A DNA stretch of 64,000 nt, from assembly GCA_964512835.1 (NCBI GenBank), contig CAZELA010000001.1, positions 425,372 to 489,371 on the forward strand. The letters are read 5' to 3'. Source of the DNA: an uncultured Candidatus Saccharibacteria bacterium (GTDB taxonomy: Bacteria > Patescibacteriota > Minisyncoccia > Phycocordibacterales > UBA2100). A model generated the notes under the pieces. The model saw only the letters and a list, made by a program, of their open reading frames with translations, searched no databases and was not told the origin of the DNA. Positions 59,156-64,000 of this stretch are shown in pieces (the stretch's first letter is position 1; every line of letters starts with the position of its first letter). A program made the position numbers and the translations under genes.

Positions 59156-60070
59156 TTATCGCATCGCTTCCATGCCGGAAGTGATTTCGGATACCTCGCG
59201 GGTGATTGCAGCCTGGCGCACTTTGTTGAACGTGCGAGTAAGGTTATGCGCCATCTCCTTTGATTTATCGGTCGCGCTTTTCATGGCGACCATACGGGCC
59301 GAATGTTCGGACGCCTTGCTCTCAAGCAGTGCGTGATACACGGCTATGTTCAAAAGCTTCGGAAGCAATACCGAGAGCACGGCATCGGCATCCGGTTCGA
59401 TTGTGTACGAGGTAGGCGGAAGCGACGGTTCACCCGACGGTGCATATTTGCCTCGCGCCGGGCGGATACCCGCGACGGTTTCGCGCATGATCGCCTGGGT
59501 GACCGGAATGATCTGGCGAGAGGTCGGTTCCTGTTCAAAGGTTGTTACGAAGTTCTGGTACGCAACAATCGCGGTACCGATCTCGCCGCTTTCGTGCCAC
59601 GACAAAATCAGGTTCGTGACCTCGCGCATTTCTGACTCGGTGACTTCGTCACTCTTGTTGAGCTGACGAATGCGGACGTCATACCCGCGAGAAGCAAAAT
59701 GGTCGCCGCCGCGTCTGCCGATACATGCCATGACGACATCTCCTTTGGAAAGGCCGCGGGACTTTATCTCGTCCTCCACCTTCCGGATGACTGCACTGTT
59801 CACGGAGCCCGCAAGACCCTTGTCGGACGTGATCACAATGAACGCCGTCTTGCCTGCGCGTGCCGACATAAGCGGGTGGCGCGACATATCAGCGGTCCCC
59901 GAGACACGCTCAAGTACCGTGAGGGCCGCAGCAGCGTACGAACGGCCGGAAAGAGCACGCTCCTGCGCCTTGCGCATCTTTACAGCAGAAACAGCCTCCA
60001 TCGCGTGAGTTACTGTTCCCGTTTTTTTGTACGAGATGATCTTGGATTTGATTGCTTTAAGATTCGCCAT
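59156..60070 (-). CDS. atpG: F0F1 ATP synthase subunit gamma
   Basis: MANLKAIKSKIISYKKTGTVTHAMEAVSAVKMRKAQ is the gamma N-terminus. 304 aa. Confidence 0.9.
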   Translation of the reverse strand: MANLKAIKSKIISYKKTGTVTHAMEAVSAVKMRKAQERALSGRSYAAAALTVLERVSGTADMSRHPLMSARAGKTAFIVITSDKGLAGSVNSAVIRKVEDEIKSRGLSKGDVVMACIGRRGGDHFASRGYDVRIRQLNKSDEVTESEMREVTNLILSWHESGEIGTAIVAYQNFVTTFEQEPTSRQIIPVTQAIMRETVAGIRPARGKYAPSGEPSLPPTSYTIEPDADAVLSVLLPKLLNIAVYHALLESKASEHSARMVAMKSATDKSKEMAHNLTRTFNKVRQAAITREVSEITSGMEAMR

Positions 60071-60094
60071 GAGAGATGAGGCGGAACCGCTCTA

Positions 60095-61660
60095 CTAGAG
60101 CGTAAAGAGTTCCGGGTGTGCGAGCTTGAATTCCTCTGCCGCCTTGAGGATAGACGCCATCGATTCGTCAGAGAGAACGCCGGTCGTCTTGATGTCGTTG
60201 AGTACGCTCGAGTACTGACCGTCGAGGAAGTCGACGAACAATCGCTCAATTTCGACGACCTTATTTACCGGGGCCGAATTCAACATGCCTTTGTTCGCGG
60301 CAAAGATCATCGCAACCTGACGCTCGAAGGCGATCGGATGACCGTTTTTCTGTTTGAGTACCTCTACCATGCGCTGACCGGATGCGATTCGATCTGCTGT
60401 GGCCTTGTCGAGGTCGGATGCAAACTGCATGAACGCTTCGAGTTCGCGGAACTGTGCGAGTTCAAGTTTCAAGCCGCCTGCAACTTTTTTCATTGCCTTG
60501 GTCTGAGCGTCGCCGCCCACGCGTGAGACAGAGATACCCACGTCGATCGCGGGACGGATTCCTTTGTTGAACAGGTCCGCAATGAGGAACATCTGACCGT
60601 CCGTGATCGAAATCACGTTTGTCGGGATGTAGCCGGAGACGTCGCCTTCCTGTGTTTCGATGATCGGGAGAGCGGTAATAGAACCACCGCCCTTCTCATC
60701 GGAGAGGCGCGCAGCGCGCTCGAGCAAACGGGAGTGGAGGTAAAAGATGTCGCCCGGATACGCTTCGCGTCCCGGCGGGCGTCGGAGCAAGAGCGAAAGC
60801 TCGCGGTACGCAACGGCCTGCTTGGAAAGATCGTCATAGACGATGAGCACATCCTTTCCTTTGTCCATAAAGTATTCGCCGATAGCAACACCTGAAAACG
60901 GCGAGAGATACTGCAATGCTGCAGGGGCTGATGCGGGTGCATCAACGATGATCGTATATTCAAGCGCACCCGCTTCGCGGAGCTGCTGCATGATACGTGC
61001 GGTTTTTGACTCCTTTTGACCGATCGCGACATAGATGCAGATCGGGCGTTTGCCTTCCGGCTCGTTTTTCTGGTTGATGATGGCATCGATTGCAACAGTC
61101 GTCTTCCCCGTTCCGCGGTCACCGATGATGAGTTCTCGCTGGCCGCGACCGATCGGAATGAGTGCGTCGATTGCCTTGATACCGGTCTGCAACGGCACAG
61201 ATACGTGTTTGCGGTCAATCACGCCGTACGCTTCGCGCTCAACCGGCATCATCGTTACATCCTTAAACGGACCCTTACCGTCGATCGGCTCGCCGAGTGC
61301 ATTGACCACACGACCAAGCAACGATTCACCGGACGGCACCGCCAGCACCTTTCCGGTCGATTTGACCGTCATGCCCTCGGAAACACGCGATGTGTCGCCC
61401 AAGATTGTTGCGCGCACACCATCCTCTTCGAGGTTGAGGATGAGTCCGTAGAGCTCGGACTGTTCACCTACCGCATCCTTGAGATGCTTTCCCTTCTCTT
61501 CGTCAAAGAGAATGATTTCCGACATGACGGACTTCGAAAGCCCGTCGATCGCAACGACGCCGTCGCCGACCGAAACGACACGACCGACATGTTCGCTGTG
61601 CGACTTCGGTGCGATGTGTTCGATCTCTTTGATGATCTTCTGTACCGTTGATTGATCCAT
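60095..61660 (-). CDS. atpA: F0F1 ATP synthase subunit alpha
   Basis: P-loop GDRGTGKT and the alpha signature. 521 aa. Confidence 0.95.
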   Translation of the reverse strand: MDQSTVQKIIKEIEHIAPKSHSEHVGRVVSVGDGVVAIDGLSKSVMSEIILFDEEKGKHLKDAVGEQSELYGLILNLEEDGVRATILGDTSRVSEGMTVKSTGKVLAVPSGESLLGRVVNALGEPIDGKGPFKDVTMMPVEREAYGVIDRKHVSVPLQTGIKAIDALIPIGRGQRELIIGDRGTGKTTVAIDAIINQKNEPEGKRPICIYVAIGQKESKTARIMQQLREAGALEYTIIVDAPASAPAALQYLSPFSGVAIGEYFMDKGKDVLIVYDDLSKQAVAYRELSLLLRRPPGREAYPGDIFYLHSRLLERAARLSDEKGGGSITALPIIETQEGDVSGYIPTNVISITDGQMFLIADLFNKGIRPAIDVGISVSRVGGDAQTKAMKKVAGGLKLELAQFRELEAFMQFASDLDKATADRIASGQRMVEVLKQKNGHPIAFERQVAMIFAANKGMLNSAPVNKVVEIERLFVDFLDGQYSSVLNDIKTTGVLSDESMASILKAAEEFKLAHPELFTL

Positions 61661-61677
61661 AGTAATTGTGTGCTGAC

Positions 61678-62067
61678 TTATGCGCGCGTGACGCCGTTGT
61701 AAATATCAAGTAATCCCTTCTTATACGAAGCGTCCACGAGCCTCTCGTTACCCTCGAGGCGCCAACCGCCGATCAATGAATCGTCGACTTGCGTCTTGAG
61801 GTCCTCGACATCGATTCCCATTTCACTCGTGTACGCCTTTACCTCTTTCTTTGCATGAGCAAGATCGCTCTCGCGCGCGACGCTGAGCGTGTAATCACGC
61901 TTGCGCGATTCGCGCTCGGCAATCCGTGCAAATGCACTCCCTACCCGCGGCATCAGGATACCGCGACCTTCTTTTTCGAGACGCGCGTGGATCGCGTGCA
62001 CAGCCTCCTTTACACCCATGCCGTTCGACACGAGTTCCCAGAGCGCCTGTGCATAGATCTTCTCCAT
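61678..62067 (-). CDS. atpH: F0F1 ATP synthase subunit delta (short form)
   Basis: The C-terminal OSCP/delta region ([21 protein letters not shown]) is present. Only 129 aa. Confidence 0.7.
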   Translation of the reverse strand: MEKIYAQALWELVSNGMGVKEAVHAIHARLEKEGRGILMPRVGSAFARIAERESRKRDYTLSVARESDLAHAKKEVKAYTSEMGIDVEDLKTQVDDSLIGGWRLEGNERLVDASYKKGLLDIYNGVTRA

Positions 62068-62076
62068 ACGCGTACC

Positions 62077-62523
62077 TTATGCTTCCTTACGAAGGATCTT
62101 TTCTGCAGCCAAGACTGCAGCGCGGGTAATTTCCTTTTCGCTCTCCATAAGGGCCTGGCGCTTTGCCTCTTCGGCTCGCGCCGTCGCGTCCTTCATCAGT
62201 GCGTGCGCTTTGGCCTCTGCCTCGCGCACGATCTCCTGACCCCGCTCATCCGCTCGCGACCGTGCCGCCGCAACGAGCCCTTCGGCTTCGCGCGCAGCTG
62301 TGCCGACGATACCCTCACCCTGCTTTTTTGAATCCGCGAGCACGCGATCCGCCTCTTGTGCGGAACGAACGCCTTCGGCAACCATTTCCCGTCGTTTCGC
62401 GATCATGTTCATGACCGGCGTATACAAGAAATAGGTCAGGCCCGTGAGCAGCACGGTAAAATTCACCGCCTGAATGACCAGGAGGCGCCAATCCAAACCG
62501 AACGCTGTTGCAAGACCTTCCAT
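62077..62523 (-). CDS. atpF: F0F1 ATP synthase subunit b
   Basis: A single N-terminal TM followed by a long charged helix (AEGVRSAQEADR...). Confidence 0.8.
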   Translation of the reverse strand: MEGLATAFGLDWRLLVIQAVNFTVLLTGLTYFLYTPVMNMIAKRREMVAEGVRSAQEADRVLADSKKQGEGIVGTAAREAEGLVAAARSRADERGQEIVREAEAKAHALMKDATARAEEAKRQALMESEKEITRAAVLAAEKILRKEA

Positions 62524-62534
62524 GCAGGGTGAGA

Positions 62535-62780
<246 letters not shown>

Positions 62781-62843
62781 CTACTAAATTTTGGCTCACT
62801 TTATCACAGAGCCGCACGGACGCACGCACCTGCTGATACACAG

Positions 62844-63635
62844 CTAGTGCTCGCTCCCGTGCGGTTCGGCGATCGCCATTTTGACGAAAAACAGCGTCAG
62901 AAGCGCGAACACGGCTCCTTGCACGATACCGACAAACATCTCGAACGCCATAAGCGGCGCCGGCAAGAAGTACGGTACGAAAAAGGACACGACGGCGATC
63001 AGCACCTCGCCCGCAAAAATGTTGCCGAACAATCGGAACGAGAACGATACAAATCGCGAGAGCTCGGAGACAAGCTCGATGAGACCGACCACAAAATTGA
63101 TCGGTGACGAGAAATTGATGAACTTCCCCGCATAGCGGAATATGCCGAGCGCAAAGATGCCGGCGAATTCGATCGCAAACATAACAATGAACGTAAGCGC
63201 GAGCGTTACGTTCAGGTCGGTGTTCATGCTGCGCAACAGCGGAGCTGTTTCACCATTGTGAGTGATTGTGAACGAACCGACGCCCGGCACGAATTCGAGC
63301 AGGTTTGCAAGCGCAATAAAGAGGAACAACGTGAGCAAAAGCGGAAAAATGCGACGAGCCCACGTGGAATCCTCGAGCGTGGTTTCGATGAAATCGTACA
63401 CGTAGCCGAAGAGCAGTTCCACGAACGTTTGGAACTTGCCGGGGATGAGCGAGAGCTTCGATCGGACCACGATCGCAAATATAAAGAGGAGTACCATGAC
63501 GATCCAACTCATGAGCAGCGTGTTGGTGAGCGGAATACCAAAAATCGTACCGATCTGTTCGGCAGAAAGCGCTACATGAATGCCGCTCGTGTGAGCGGCC
63601 TCCGCTGCGTGTTCGACTACTGCAGTTTCCGGCAT
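62844..63635 (-). CDS. atpB: F0F1 ATP synthase subunit a
   Basis: The conserved Arg-containing helix (LSRFVSFSFRLFGNIFAGEVL) is present. 263 aa. Confidence 0.85.
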   Translation of the reverse strand: MPETAVVEHAAEAAHTSGIHVALSAEQIGTIFGIPLTNTLLMSWIVMVLLFIFAIVVRSKLSLIPGKFQTFVELLFGYVYDFIETTLEDSTWARRIFPLLLTLFLFIALANLLEFVPGVGSFTITHNGETAPLLRSMNTDLNVTLALTFIVMFAIEFAGIFALGIFRYAGKFINFSSPINFVVGLIELVSELSRFVSFSFRLFGNIFAGEVLIAVVSFFVPYFLPAPLMAFEMFVGIVQGAVFALLTLFFVKMAIAEPHGSEH

Positions 63636-63711
63636 GACGCGGGTACTTTAACACGGTTTTCAGCCAAAAAACACCCCGGAGAGGGGTGTTTTTGTGGACG
63701 TTTTTAGGCGT

Positions 63712-64000
63712 TTAGTTGGACTTCTTCGGAGGAAGGAGCACATTATCAATTACGATAACGACGCCGTTGGTTCCTTCGTACTGCGTGACAACAATAGCGC
63801 TGTTCACCATAGGGATCTTGGTCGGGCCGTAGCTGAAGTTCAGCACATCGCGCGAGAGCGCCTCGATTGAGCCCGCTGTCATCTGGTCGGGATCAACTGC
63901 CCGGCCGGATACAACGTGATACTGGATGAGTCGCTTCTTTTCGGCAGCACTCATGTTGCTGATCGTTCCCGGTGGCAGCTGTGCGAATGCACCGTTGGTC
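63712..64000 (-). CDS. fasciclin (FAS1) domain protein, C-terminal part (5' end outside window)
   Basis: LIQYHVVSGRAVDPDQM...GTNGVVIVIDNVLLPP matches the FAS1 H2 region (YHV..G ... NGV.H.ID.VL.P). The frame is open to the window edge. Confidence 0.6.
   Translation of the reverse strand, partial: TNGAFAQLPPGTISNMSAAEKKRLIQYHVVSGRAVDPDQMTAGSIEALSRDVLNFSYGPTKIPMVNSAIVVTQYEGTNGVVIVIDNVLLPPKKSN

Overview
The window is a gene-dense, compact bacterial chromosome segment with roughly 52-58% GC, shown in clean co-directional blocks. The reduced gene lengths (alaS about 640 aa, atpH about 129 aa), frequent ATGA start/stop overlaps and promoters with little or no 5'UTR fit a streamlined genome, possibly Patescibacteria/CPR-like; this is my inference and not proven. 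The plus strand from 1-34 kb carries an aldo/keto reductase 3' end, ptrB, a three-gene insert (hypothetical, GHKL ATPase, ParB/Srx-like) and alaS. It continues with an FtsA/PilM-like gene, a membrane-anchored hypothetical, infA-rpmJ-rpsM-rpsK-rpsD-rpoA-rplQ and rplM-rpsI, then grpE-dnaK-dnaJ. Next come a small peptide, a KAS-III-like gene and a sensor kinase, followed by a long array: trpS-aspS/asnS-scpA-scpB-dacA-mraY-ftsW-murG-gltX-M23 peptidase. From 34-52 kb the block is mixed-strand. It contains a roughly 600 bp ORF-free gap, an ICMT-family methyltransferase, a Nudix hydrolase, a SAM methyltransferase, a DEDD exonuclease, rpmA, rplI, ctpA, corA, cysS, and a leuS carrying an embedded Nudix domain. 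It also holds a YidD-like gene, ychF, an NAD(P)H oxidoreductase and an RNHCP gene. From 52-64 kb a minus-strand block has two large secreted proteins and the F1Fo ATP synthase operon atpBEFHAG-[Nudix, hypothetical, rdgB, Nudix]-atpDC, then a fasciclin-domain gene fragment. I saw no rRNA, tRNA, CRISPR array, transposase or integrase. The most promising candidate for an undescribed system is the apparently GC-elevated island at 2844-6475, inserted between ptrB and alaS. It encodes a translationally coupled hypothetical protein plus a Bergerat-fold (GHKL/MORC-like) ATPase, followed by an independently promoted ParB/sulfiredoxin/DGQHR-like protein with a Lys/Arg-rich tail.
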